DNA from: an uncultured Spirochaetaceae bacterium
Lineage (GTDB): Bacteria > Spirochaetota > Spirochaetia > JAFGXN01
Assembly: GCA_964369795.1 (NCBI GenBank)
Contig: CAYJGX010000007.1
Span: forward strand, 1 to 52,397
Length of the DNA: 52,397 nt
Reading direction: 5' to 3'
The position numbers and the translations under genes are program-made. Of the stretch, positions 42,773 through 51,609 are shown piece after piece. The notes below the pieces were generated by a model. That model saw only the letters and a program-made list of their open reading frames with translations, had not been told where the DNA came from and made no database searches. Numbering within the stretch: the stretch's first letter is position 1; every line of letters begins with the position of its first letter.

Positions 42773-44959
42773 ATGAAAAAAATTGCTTTGCTTCGACTAT
42801 TTGCGATAGTCGGGTTTCTATTACCATCAGTATTCGCTTGTTATCATATTCCTAAAATGAGCGAAGAAATGTCATTTCTTATTTCTGGCGAGGCAACAAT
42901 TAATGGATATTGGGGACGTGCAGTTGGACTGACAAACCAAGTTGGCTTTGTTGGCGATTCAATGATTGATGGAAAAGTCTTCGTAGACCCAGCAGGAAAT
43001 AAGATAAATCCAACGGAGATGGTGCGAGAAGGCGGAGTTGTCTCTTTGTTGAAATTTAATAATGAAACAGATACTAAAATCGATGAAAAAACCTTACAAT
43101 GGGAAATAATGCGCTATCCCGATGATTTTAGTGAGGAAGGCTTGCAAGGAGAACCTGTATCTTTTTCTGGTCCATATACAGAAGAAGGTGACCAATTTGG
43201 AGCAGCTATCCATTTTGAACCAGATTCAGAAAAAGATGCTAATTTAAGCGAGGATTCTGGATATCTTTTTGTTTCATCTCTTATGGCCGATATAAACTAT
43301 AGCAACCGAGTAATGGTAAATACTGGTGCTGTGGATATATTTCGAGTAGATGCAGAGCTCCTTGATGCTAATGGAGAGAAAGGGGTTACTCCTCAGTCTG
43401 TATATGATGGAACGAACCCAAAATTTATTTCAAGGGTATCGCTAGAGGGATACAACCTAGAAGATTTTCTACCAGATCCAGAGGGCGGAGATGACAGTTA
43501 CGAAATTCGGGCCGATCGAATAAATCCTGGAATTGGATTCGGATATAAGATTGCATATTGCGCTAAGTCCGAGGTTCTTGTAATTGGTGCTCCTTATGAA
43601 AGTTACTACAAGGACTTGCAAAACAATAATAACTATATTTTATTAGACAAAGTTGGGGCTGTTTATGTATTTGAACCAGACACACCAAATAATTTAGATA
43701 CATTTAAGCTTAAAAGTCGCCTTATGCCCGAAGCCAATATACCACAATATAAAGTTATAGAAGTTTTCAATGACAAAAAAAACTTTGGTGGTTCAGTAGC
43801 ACAGATGGTAAATAGCATAGGAGAGGTTGTAACAGATCCTGCGCAACAAGCCTTCAAAAAAATGCCAAATGACCGCCCCTCTTACTATTTTGGTAGTAGA
43901 ATGGACGTCAATGTAAATAATAGTGGGGACGTTGTCATTGCAGTGGGTGTCAGTGACGCTATATTTCAATATTTTCATCCGAAAGAAAAAGGTGCAGTAT
44001 ATTCAAAATATTATGACAGTAAAGGGGCTGATATTACAGAGATGGTTAACCAAAACAATGCCAACTATTATCGATTCGAAGAGAATAATGGGGGATACGG
44101 AACTATCTATCTATATAGTAAAGAAAGCGGGCAGACAGAATTCAATTTCAGACAAAGAGCCGAGCGAGCACACTATAAAGCAGAAATGTATCAACATATT
44201 TCACCTGGCGCATACATCTTAGATGAAAACATACTTCAAGGAGATGCTCCAAGTGCCGATTGGGCGCGAAGAGGTTTTTATGGATGGTATTTTCATGAGC
44301 TAGAAGGTTTGGGGCAATCAGTTGTATTGCATGGAGATGTCCTTATTGCAGGAATTCCGTATGCAGATACCAATTATGTCGGATTTCGACCTGATATTGC
44401 AGTAACGCGTGTATGGAATGATGTTGGAGGAATGGTTGCCTTTGATATAACAAAGGAGACACTAGCTAAACCCTTTCAAAAAAATGCTGCAAACAATTCA
44501 TTTAATTCATACGATGGCGATAAATCTGTATTTATGGGTGCTACGATGTATGATGATTGGCCAGGTTTCGCTCGTTACTTAACAAAGAAAGGAAATTACT
44601 TGGCTATTGCAACGCCAGGTTATAACTGGGAAATCTTGCAAGGTAATGTAGGGCGAGTTCAATTTGTAGATTTAGGAGATCCTAAACTAGCCAAGATTGA
44701 AAGCACGACGTTTAATGACCGAGATGATGGATTCTTTGAAGGAAGTAGTTTTGAATATGTAGAAGGTTCTGACTCTACTACAAAAGAACTTTATAAGGGA
44801 TATCAGGCGTTAGGGCAATTTATGGATTTCACTACATCGGGACAATTATTGTGCGGTGTTCCAGATTTTGATTTAGGGATATACTATAATAACCCCTATG
44901 TACAATATTATTCAATGGATAACTGTGGTGCAGTCTATACTTTTAAGTGGACAGATTAA
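42773..44959 (+). CDS. FG-GAP repeat (integrin-alpha-like seven-bladed beta-propeller) lipoprotein
   Basis: Signal and lipobox FLLPSVFAC. There are about seven repeats of the FG..(x)..GAP..GAVYVF type: GFGYKIAY..VLVIGAPYE..VGAVYVFE, GQSVVLHGDVLIAGIPYAD..VGGMVAFD, LGQFMDF..LLCGVPDFD..CGAVYTFK, and others. Confidence 0.7.
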   Translation: MKKIALLRLFAIVGFLLPSVFACYHIPKMSEEMSFLISGEATINGYWGRAVGLTNQVGFVGDSMIDGKVFVDPAGNKINPTEMVREGGVVSLLKFNNETDTKIDEKTLQWEIMRYPDDFSEEGLQGEPVSFSGPYTEEGDQFGAAIHFEPDSEKDANLSEDSGYLFVSSLMADINYSNRVMVNTGAVDIFRVDAELLDANGEKGVTPQSVYDGTNPKFISRVSLEGYNLEDFLPDPEGGDDSYEIRADRINPGIGFGYKIAYCAKSEVLVIGAPYESYYKDLQNNNNYILLDKVGAVYVFEPDTPNNLDTFKLKSRLMPEANIPQYKVIEVFNDKKNFGGSVAQMVNSIGEVVTDPAQQAFKKMPNDRPSYYFGSRMDVNVNNSGDVVIAVGVSDAIFQYFHPKEKGAVYSKYYDSKGADITEMVNQNNANYYRFEENNGGYGTIYLYSKESGQTEFNFRQRAERAHYKAEMYQHISPGAYILDENILQGDAPSADWARRGFYGWYFHELEGLGQSVVLHGDVLIAGIPYADTNYVGFRPDIAVTRVWNDVGGMVAFDITKETLAKPFQKNAANNSFNSYDGDKSVFMGATMYDDWPGFARYLTKKGNYLAIATPGYNWEILQGNVGRVQFVDLGDPKLAKIESTTFNDRDDGFFEGSSFEYVEGSDSTTKELYKGYQALGQFMDFTTSGQLLCGVPDFDLGIYYNNPYVQYYSMDNCGAVYTFKWTD

Positions 44960-45118
44960 ATTATATAAATTACATTTTATTGCAACCAATATACTAAATT
45001 GATATAAACCCATTTGCTGGTCAACAGTAAATGGGTTTATTGTATATGTATGATGTTTTATATAGTGTCCCCGCTATTTTTTATTAAATTTAAGCAAAAT
45101 CTATGTTGTGCATGTGAG

Positions 45119-45163
45119 CAAAAAAAAGACTGATTTTACCATAAGTAAAAATCAGTCTTTTTA
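45119..45163. terminator. Bidirectional rho-independent terminator between convergent lipoprotein genes
   Basis: A8 run, AGACTGATTTTAC, loop, GTAAAAATCAGTCT, T5 run. A second weaker hairpin (AAACCCATTT..AAATGGGTTT) lies at about 45008-45040. Confidence 0.75.
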
Positions 45164-45207
45164 AGTGGTTTACAAATCACTAATATATATGAGAGCACTT
45201 AAAGTAA

Positions 45208-47556
45208 TTATGGTGCGAATGGGTCAACAACCTCAAAGCCAAGGCTTTCTAAGTCGAGGTTGAATGGGATTTGATCATATGACTTCCAGTGATAGCGTAC
45301 TAAGCCTTGCCCGTAGGTTGCAGTATAGGTGTAGTAGTCGTCTCCATTTGCATCCTTAGTAGAATCAATGTCACGAATAAAATTGATTTCTCCTAATGTC
45401 GTTAGGTCTTTATTGTATGCACCCCAATTAACAAAATCTACATTGTATTGTTCTTCGCCAGTTACAGCTGCTGGAACCTTAACATAGTCTGAAAGCGAAT
45501 ATGTTTTTCTAATTTCTGCAATACCCATTCCTTCGCGAGTTGCAATATAAATTAAATCCTTGTTACCTAGTTTTCCAAATCGAATTTTTAAAACTTGGTT
45601 GGAAGGAAAATTAAGAACAGGTAAACGAACAGGTGCGACATCTCCAGGTGCAACATAGATTGACCATCCTTGAGTTGTATATTCTTTCCAGTTTAGGCGT
45701 AATCCCTGTACTAGGTTTTCATTTCCAATGCCATCGTAGTAGTCGCGATCTGGTCGGTAATATAAGTCGGCAATTTGATCTTCTGTTGGTGGGTTCAGTG
45801 GATCTTGATTTATTAGATGTTCTTTAAGTTTCGGATAATAATATTGGTTAAAAAATTCAAAATTTGAATCTTTTGTAATAATACATTGAGTATTGCCGTT
45901 ATAATCATAAGCAAGGCCGTTAACATCGCGGACAGTTCGAATGGATTTATAGGTAGATGCTTGATGGATTCCTCCATAATTTGCTCCATAGAAAATACCA
46001 TTTTCATTTGCAACAATACATTGTCCCCAAATAGATTCTAAACTCCAGAAGTTTTCTTCCGCCCGTGCATTTACCTGACTTAAAAGTGCTGGATAGTGGA
46101 AGTGGTTTCTTGTATAGGTTTCCCAAATTAGGTCGTCGTTAAAAGTATGATAATCTGTTGAATCTATATCTTTTGTAAGTAAATCTAAATCGCAATAAGT
46201 TATCCCTCCACCTACAGTAGCAAGATAGACAATATTATCATATACTGAGACGCCTTTAATTTGAGTTGCCTTAAGGAACTTGTCTCTATAGTAGGCATAG
46301 GTACGAATTACGCCAGTATCTCTGTTGTTTGGGTTTCCGTAATCGTCCTTTTCAAGAATTGTTTCGTAATAGAGTCTTAATTTGTGTTGTTCTTCTTTTT
46401 GAGCAGCAGAGAGAATGTGATATGATTTAGTGTCATAATTTGTAATGTTGTTTTTAATAGCATATTGTTCCCATGTAATAGGTTGCCCCATAACAACTTT
46501 TTGAATATTTCCCTGTGAGTCTATGTATTCGCCATCAGAACTAGCATAAAAGTCGGGAAACCGGTTATAAGTTGGATCATAAACAGGATCGTAAATGGGG
46601 TCAAAGTTTGTTTGATCGATTCCCCAAGCTTCGTCTCCGATATAAAATTTATCTTTATAGTATATTTCCATTTTCCCAGTAGATTCATTGAACTCACGAT
46701 AAGCCCCAGGGATAGTTGCTAATGGATAGTCTTGGTCTTTATTTCCCATTGGGATAATGGTTGCACCTACAATGTGTGCCCAATTGGCTCCATTGGGGTC
46801 GTTTCTAAATGTTTTGCCAGGAAACAAATCGGTAGAAAAGTATAAACCTGTGCTTGTTGCGATAAAGAATGTATCTATTTCTGCCCCACTTGCGGTTGTA
46901 ATAGTTTTGATATCAATTGCATATCCATCAATGTCTTCGCTAGAGAGAGGTTTGTTGGATGCCGGAGAGGAATGAAATGCTGTTGATTGGGTATTAATCG
47001 CCTTTAAGGATGGGTTCTCAATTTTAGAAAATTTCATACTGTCGAGTGCTGCACTTTGGATAGCTTCATCGGTACTATTGATGTCGACTAATGCATTAGG
47101 AGTGTATTTTTTGTAGTATATTCCTTGATTTGTTGATAGAAAAATAACCTCATGCTCTTTGTCGTCGTAGATATCGTAAATGCCGGGAATTTTGTTGTCA
47201 TTAGTATCTGTTGCAGAGTGCCAAACATCGCGAACGTCTTGGCTTTTGAACTGAAGGGTTGTTCTCGGTTCTTTGCCGTTTAGGTCAATAGAATTGCTGT
47301 TGTCAACAGAAAAACGAAGTTCGTCTTCATTGGCGAGATATAGCGTATATGAACTTCCCGTTTTCTCGGTTCCTTCGTAGATGACAGCAACGTCTTGTTG
47401 TTTGTTTGAGTTTACAGTGCCATCGGTATATCCTAGCCAGTACTTATTAACCCACAAGTAATTTCGTTCGTTTGGTGCGGTTGCATAGTAGGGCATGCAT
47501 GAGGCAAAAATAACAATTAAAAGAATTGCTAGCAATAATCGTTTGGTAATATTCAT
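45208..47556 (-). CDS. Large lipoprotein with beta-propeller-type repeats (two-component-regulator-propeller-like blades)
   Basis: RBS GGAGGA precedes ATG 47556; the ORF track starts at 47577. Signal and lipobox LLAILLIVIFASC. Recurring blade strings are LSTNQGIYYKKY, IATSTGLYFSTD, LATVGGGITYCD, GANYGGIHQA and IATREGMGIAE. Confidence 0.6.
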   Translation of the reverse strand: MNITKRLLLAILLIVIFASCMPYYATAPNERNYLWVNKYWLGYTDGTVNSNKQQDVAVIYEGTEKTGSSYTLYLANEDELRFSVDNSNSIDLNGKEPRTTLQFKSQDVRDVWHSATDTNDNKIPGIYDIYDDKEHEVIFLSTNQGIYYKKYTPNALVDINSTDEAIQSAALDSMKFSKIENPSLKAINTQSTAFHSSPASNKPLSSEDIDGYAIDIKTITTASGAEIDTFFIATSTGLYFSTDLFPGKTFRNDPNGANWAHIVGATIIPMGNKDQDYPLATIPGAYREFNESTGKMEIYYKDKFYIGDEAWGIDQTNFDPIYDPVYDPTYNRFPDFYASSDGEYIDSQGNIQKVVMGQPITWEQYAIKNNITNYDTKSYHILSAAQKEEQHKLRLYYETILEKDDYGNPNNRDTGVIRTYAYYRDKFLKATQIKGVSVYDNIVYLATVGGGITYCDLDLLTKDIDSTDYHTFNDDLIWETYTRNHFHYPALLSQVNARAEENFWSLESIWGQCIVANENGIFYGANYGGIHQASTYKSIRTVRDVNGLAYDYNGNTQCIITKDSNFEFFNQYYYPKLKEHLINQDPLNPPTEDQIADLYYRPDRDYYDGIGNENLVQGLRLNWKEYTTQGWSIYVAPGDVAPVRLPVLNFPSNQVLKIRFGKLGNKDLIYIATREGMGIAEIRKTYSLSDYVKVPAAVTGEEQYNVDFVNWGAYNKDLTTLGEINFIRDIDSTKDANGDDYYTYTATYGQGLVRYHWKSYDQIPFNLDLESLGFEVVDPFAP

Positions 47557-47580
47557 TGAATCCTCCAAAATATTCATTAA

Positions 47581-47589
47581 ATTATAACA
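47581..47589 (-). promoter_or_regulatory. Extended -10 element (TGTTATAAT) upstream of the propeller lipoprotein gene
   Basis: The reverse complement of 47581-47589 reads TGTTATAAT, about 25 nt upstream of ATG 47556. Confidence 0.4.
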
Positions 47590-47659
47590 TGATTGTTTAA
47601 AAAAAGGAATTTTTTTTTTGATTATTTACTATTTTTTTTGCTTTATTATAGAAATAAAA

Positions 47660-49108
47660 CTAAAAAGTAGCTTTCCATTCTAGCAATTTCTTTTTTAGAG
47701 ATGTGACTAAATTAAGGTGCAGCTCACTGATATCATTAAATTCATGTTGGGTAGAATGAAGATCATAAAGTTGATAGTTGTTTCCATTGTCGGTACTTAT
47801 AAGCTTGTATTGATCTTCTATGACTGCAAATTGTTCATTGTCAGAAGCTGTAGACTTTATACGAGCTGGGGTGGGGGAAATAAACATAAGGCTGCGTGGC
47901 TGATGCTTATTGGTTGCTAGTGCTTCTAAAATGTTTATGCCATCGAGGATAGGCTGATTTTTGGGTAATTGGGAGCCTGTAGCCCACAATAGGGAAGGGT
48001 AAAAGTCGCTAGTGAATGCGAGTTGCGAAGTTTTTCCAGGTTTAATTTTATCGGGCCAAACAAGAATGGAAGGAACGCGAATTCCACCTTCGTAAAGGGT
48101 GGCTTTTTTATCTCGAAGCCCGCCTGTTGAGTTTAAGTCATGAATATAAGAAGGACCATTGTCGCTACAGAACCAGAGTATCGTATTCTTGTGAAGGTTA
48201 TTTGCTTTCAAATAGTCGTTTAAACGCCCTATTTGTTCATCCATCGCACTGATGGCACCAAACCAATGTTGTTCTTCCATTGAAAGGTGAGAATATAAGG
48301 CTCTGTGTTCCGGACTTGCAACGACGGGAGTGTGAGGGGTATGGAACCAAATCACCGATAAAAAGGATTGTTTCTTTATGCGAGAGTCATCGATGAAATC
48401 GATTGCACGATCCATAATAATTTTAGAGTCATCCCCTTCAAGCCACTCATCAACAATCTGCCCCTCGCCCGTCCAGTAGAAATCTCTCCATCTAAAACCG
48501 CCACTGCGTTGTCCTAGAGTTACTTTAGCATCTTGAATCATTTTGTAGTCTTCTGTTCCATAGTCACCACCCACCATGTAGTAAGGATTGTAGGTTGGCA
48601 TCATCGATTCGGTGACAAAGGAGACATCATAGCCATTTTCCCAAGGAGGAGCATATTGATTAGGATCAACAGGTCCATCAAAATAACTTTGCTTCACGGT
48701 TTTGCTTAAAGATCCAATATGCCATTTGCCAAAATGGCCGGTCGCATAGTTTTCTGCCCTTAGAGCTTCTGCAATAGTGATTTCTGATGGTTTGATATGG
48801 CCGTTGCTAGCCCAAGGCACGCCCGTTCGATAGGGGTGGCGACCAGTTAAGCAACTTGCACGCGTTGGAGAGCAGACAGGAGCGGCGGCATAAAATCGGG
48901 AGAACTGAAGCCCCTCTTGGGCAAGTTGGTCTAGGGAGGGGGTCTTTACAACTGAGTTTCCATAAGAAGCTAAGTCCCCGTAACCAAGGTCGTCTGCCAT
49001 AATTAAAATGACATTTGGGCGAGTTTGCACATTTTGACAACCGACAAAAGATAATGCTGCAACCGATAGGGTTGCAGAGGCTAGTGTTGAAGGTTTAATT
49101 GTTTTCAT
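47660..49108 (-). CDS. Cys-type sulfatase (arylsulfatase / N-acetylgalactosamine-6-sulfatase-like), lipoprotein
   Basis: Signal and lipobox ALSFVGC. Formylglycine motif CSPTRASCLTGR, with metal-site strings IMADDLGYGD and CSDNGP. Confidence 0.9.
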   Translation of the reverse strand: MKTIKPSTLASATLSVAALSFVGCQNVQTRPNVILIMADDLGYGDLASYGNSVVKTPSLDQLAQEGLQFSRFYAAAPVCSPTRASCLTGRHPYRTGVPWASNGHIKPSEITIAEALRAENYATGHFGKWHIGSLSKTVKQSYFDGPVDPNQYAPPWENGYDVSFVTESMMPTYNPYYMVGGDYGTEDYKMIQDAKVTLGQRSGGFRWRDFYWTGEGQIVDEWLEGDDSKIIMDRAIDFIDDSRIKKQSFLSVIWFHTPHTPVVASPEHRALYSHLSMEEQHWFGAISAMDEQIGRLNDYLKANNLHKNTILWFCSDNGPSYIHDLNSTGGLRDKKATLYEGGIRVPSILVWPDKIKPGKTSQLAFTSDFYPSLLWATGSQLPKNQPILDGINILEALATNKHQPRSLMFISPTPARIKSTASDNEQFAVIEDQYKLISTDNGNNYQLYDLHSTQHEFNDISELHLNLVTSLKKKLLEWKATF

Positions 49109-49164
49109 GCTTCTATTTTGAACCCGAAAGGGGAATTTGTCAAATCATTTTTTCTGAATTAGAT

Positions 49165-49258
49165 GGGCTAGCGATAGTAGCGAAAATCCCGCAATTCGCC
49201 AAAGGCGATCGAGGAATTGCAGCGGATAGCGCGGTGGTTCGCTTGCGAACCAAGCCCC
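49165..49258. other. GC-rich, highly self-complementary intergenic element (candidate small structured RNA or REP-like repeat)
   Basis: Terminal pairing is GGGCT..AGCCC. Internal hairpins are GCAATT-TCGCC-AAA-GGCGA-(TCGAGG)-AATTGC (49191-49220) and GGTTCG-CTTG-CGAACC (49236-49251). It lies between the leuD terminator and the sulfatase promoter region. Confidence 0.25.
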
Positions 49259-49259
49259 C

Positions 49260-49296
49260 AAAAAAATAAAAAAAAGACCCAAGAAAACTTAGGTCT
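49260..49296 (-). terminator. Rho-independent terminator of leuCD
   Basis: On the minus strand: AGACCTAAG, TTTT loop, CTTGGGTCT (one mismatch), then a long T run. Confidence 0.7.
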
Positions 49297-49308
49297 TTGT
49301 CGTTATAA

Positions 49309-49833
49309 TTAGTATTTTTGGTCGGCGTAGTCTACCCAACCACCGGCGATGACAAGCTCTCGGTCAAAGCCACCTAGTTCGAAATTGACAACCTCTTTTT
49401 CTCCCTCTGCTTCAAAGGTGAAGGTCGAGTTATCGAAATCGGTGGTAAGAGTCGTCTCTTTATCTGCGAATTTAGAGAAGAGCATATCTATAGTAGCTTT
49501 TGGGAGCGATGCAGCAATCATGCCGTTGTTAAACATGTTTTGTCTAAAAATTCGAGCATAGCCTTCGCCAATAACGATATTGATGTCATTGACCTCAAAA
49601 GCCCAAGGTGCGTGTTCTCGAGAGGACCCACAACCAAAGTTGTCGCGGGTAAGGACAGCCGCTTTGCCAGCAATGTCTTTTTTAGGGTCAAAGGTATCAA
49701 GCGATAGGTCTTCTAGAAGATAAGGAGCGAGTCCTTCTTTTGTAAGCTCGGTTAAGTACTTAGCAGGAATGATTTCGTCGGTGTTGATATCGCTTCGATC
49801 TAAAAATAAAATTTTTCCGTTAAAATTTTTCAT
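49309..49833 (-). CDS. leuD: 3-isopropylmalate dehydratase small subunit
   Basis: GCGSSREHAPWA motif. ATG 49833 is preceded by GAGGAG and lies 13 nt after the leuC stop; the ORF track extends to 49887, overlapping leuC. Confidence 0.85.
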   Translation of the reverse strand: MKNFNGKILFLDRSDINTDEIIPAKYLTELTKEGLAPYLLEDLSLDTFDPKKDIAGKAAVLTRDNFGCGSSREHAPWAFEVNDINIVIGEGYARIFRQNMFNNGMIAASLPKATIDMLFSKFADKETTLTTDFDNSTFTFEAEGEKEVVNFELGGFDRELVIAGGWVDYADQKY

Positions 49834-49846
49834 ATATGACTCCTCA

Positions 49847-51133
49847 TTAACCTTTATAAAGGGGTGAATTGCTAATGGTACCAGCAATTGCCGTTGCGGC
49901 TGCGCTAGCGGGGCTCATTAGGTGAACCGTTCCGCCTTTACCCATTCGTCCGTTAAAATTTCGGTTTGTGGTCGAAGCACACGCTTCTCCGTTTGCCAAA
50001 ACTCCATTACTCATACCTAAGCAAGCCCCGCAAGTCGGGTTGGTCACACAAAAACCAGCCGCCATGAAAATGGAAATAATTCCCTCTTCCATTGCTTGAG
50101 CCCAAATTTTGGGGGTAGCAGGAGAAACAATTCCGCGAACGCCTTTTGCTAGTTTGTGTCCTTTAAGGACTTCGGCAGCAATACGTAAGTCTTCGATTCG
50201 GCCGTTGGTGCAAGACCCAATATAGACTTGCTGAACAGGTGTTCCAGCCATCTCGGCTACAGTCTTTACTTGATCCGGTTTAAAACCAAATGTGACACAT
50301 GGTTCTAAAGTAGAAACATCAAATTCAATGATATCTGTATAAGAGGCATCTGCATCTGCAATCCATTTTGAGTAATCGGCTAATGCGGCTTCCTTGCTTG
50401 CAAATTCGTCTTTAATGAAATCCCATAAGTAATCGACTGTTTTTTCGTCTGGATAGCAAACACCGCAAGTACCACCTGCTTCGATCGCCATATTACAAAG
50501 AGTCATTCTACTTTCCATCGACATATCGGAAATAATATTTCCTGTAAATTCGATAACCTTATCGGTTGCACCGTTTACAGTTAATTTTTTAATGATGGCA
50601 AGAATAATATCTTTTGCATAGACACCCGCTTTTAGAGTTCCAGTCACATTGATTTTAATGGAATCTGGGTTACGAAAGGCACAAACGCCTTTTAGAATTC
50701 CAACTTCTAAGTCGGTCGTTCCAACACCCGCCGCAAAAGCACCAAATGCACCGTGTGTACAGGTATGGGAGTCGCCCATAATAATGGTGTAACCAGGGCG
50801 TACAAATCCTTTTTCTGGAAAGATTGCGTGACAAACGCCATTTTTACCAATATCGAAAAAGTTAGGAAGGTCGTGACGCTCTGCCCAATCGCGAAGCGTT
50901 TTGCCTTGTTCTGCTGTCTTGGAATCTTTTGCCGGTGTTACGTGGTCGATAACCGCTTTAATTTTTTCTGGGGCATAGACTCGGTCTTTCCCTCGTGATA
51001 CTAAATCGTTAATTGCCAAGGGAGTGGTAATTTCGTGACAGAAAACTGCGTCTAATGAAAGTACGTGAACATCCTCAAATGGATTGTCGACTCGATGTGC
51101 GTCGAAAATCTTTTGGGCTACTGTTTTTCCCAT
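49847..51133 (-). CDS. leuC: 3-isopropylmalate dehydratase large subunit (short, about 420-aa type)
   Basis: 428 aa with aconitase-family motifs GDSHTCTHGAFGAFA, IGSCTNGR and CGACLG. Confidence 0.85.
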   Translation of the reverse strand: MGKTVAQKIFDAHRVDNPFEDVHVLSLDAVFCHEITTPLAINDLVSRGKDRVYAPEKIKAVIDHVTPAKDSKTAEQGKTLRDWAERHDLPNFFDIGKNGVCHAIFPEKGFVRPGYTIIMGDSHTCTHGAFGAFAAGVGTTDLEVGILKGVCAFRNPDSIKINVTGTLKAGVYAKDIILAIIKKLTVNGATDKVIEFTGNIISDMSMESRMTLCNMAIEAGGTCGVCYPDEKTVDYLWDFIKDEFASKEAALADYSKWIADADASYTDIIEFDVSTLEPCVTFGFKPDQVKTVAEMAGTPVQQVYIGSCTNGRIEDLRIAAEVLKGHKLAKGVRGIVSPATPKIWAQAMEEGIISIFMAAGFCVTNPTCGACLGMSNGVLANGEACASTTNRNFNGRMGKGGTVHLMSPASAAATAIAGTISNSPLYKG

Positions 51134-51220
51134 AATTTACTCCTAAAATAATAATGAATTACCTTAGTTTATCGCATTTTATGAAAATAAAAAAGGGGTA
51201 GATATTCAAAATGTGTCTGA

Positions 51221-51526
51221 TTGGAAAATAGAAATCTGTCGGGTTATCTTATCTTTTATGTATGGATTATAAATCAAGATTATAATAATAGAGAAGTTGA
51301 TGCCGTTATTGAGTTAGAAGAGGGTCGGTGGTGTGCTTTTAAAGTAAAACTAGGAGCAAACCAGATAGATGAGGCGGCCTCGAGTTTGCTAAAGTTGCAA
51401 AAATCGTTAAATGAAACAGGGGCAATTGCACCCGAGGTGCTTTGTGTCATTTGCGGGCTGTCTAATGCTGCTTACAAATGTGAAGATGGTGTATTTGTCG
51501 TGCCTGTTTGTGATTTAGGGACATAA
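51221..51526 (+). pseudogene. C-terminal remnant of a DUF4143-type AAA ATPase (PD-(D/E)XK-like tail); the N-terminal 300 aa or so is missing
   Basis: The fragment reads ..NREVDAVIELEEGRWCAFKVKLGANQIDEAASSLLKLQ..VFVVPV. This matches the E-x-D..(E/K)-x-K tail of that family. There is no ATG or RBS, and leuC ends only 88 nt upstream. Confidence 0.55.
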
Positions 51527-51609
51527 AAATCAAAAAAAATAAAAAAAGTTAGGCAAAAATGCATTTTTCGTTGATATATATTATGACGTATTTGTCATAG
51601 GAGATTATA

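Noticed and set aside
49165-49260. tRNA or tRNA-fragment reading of the GC-rich element (GGTTCG...CGAACC looks T-arm-like, followed by AGCCCCCA).
   Set aside because: The putative T loop is 4-6 nt rather than 7 nt and lacks TTCRA. The central hairpin has a 3-nt loop, so it cannot be an anticodon arm. No D arm with the proper spacing exists on either strand.
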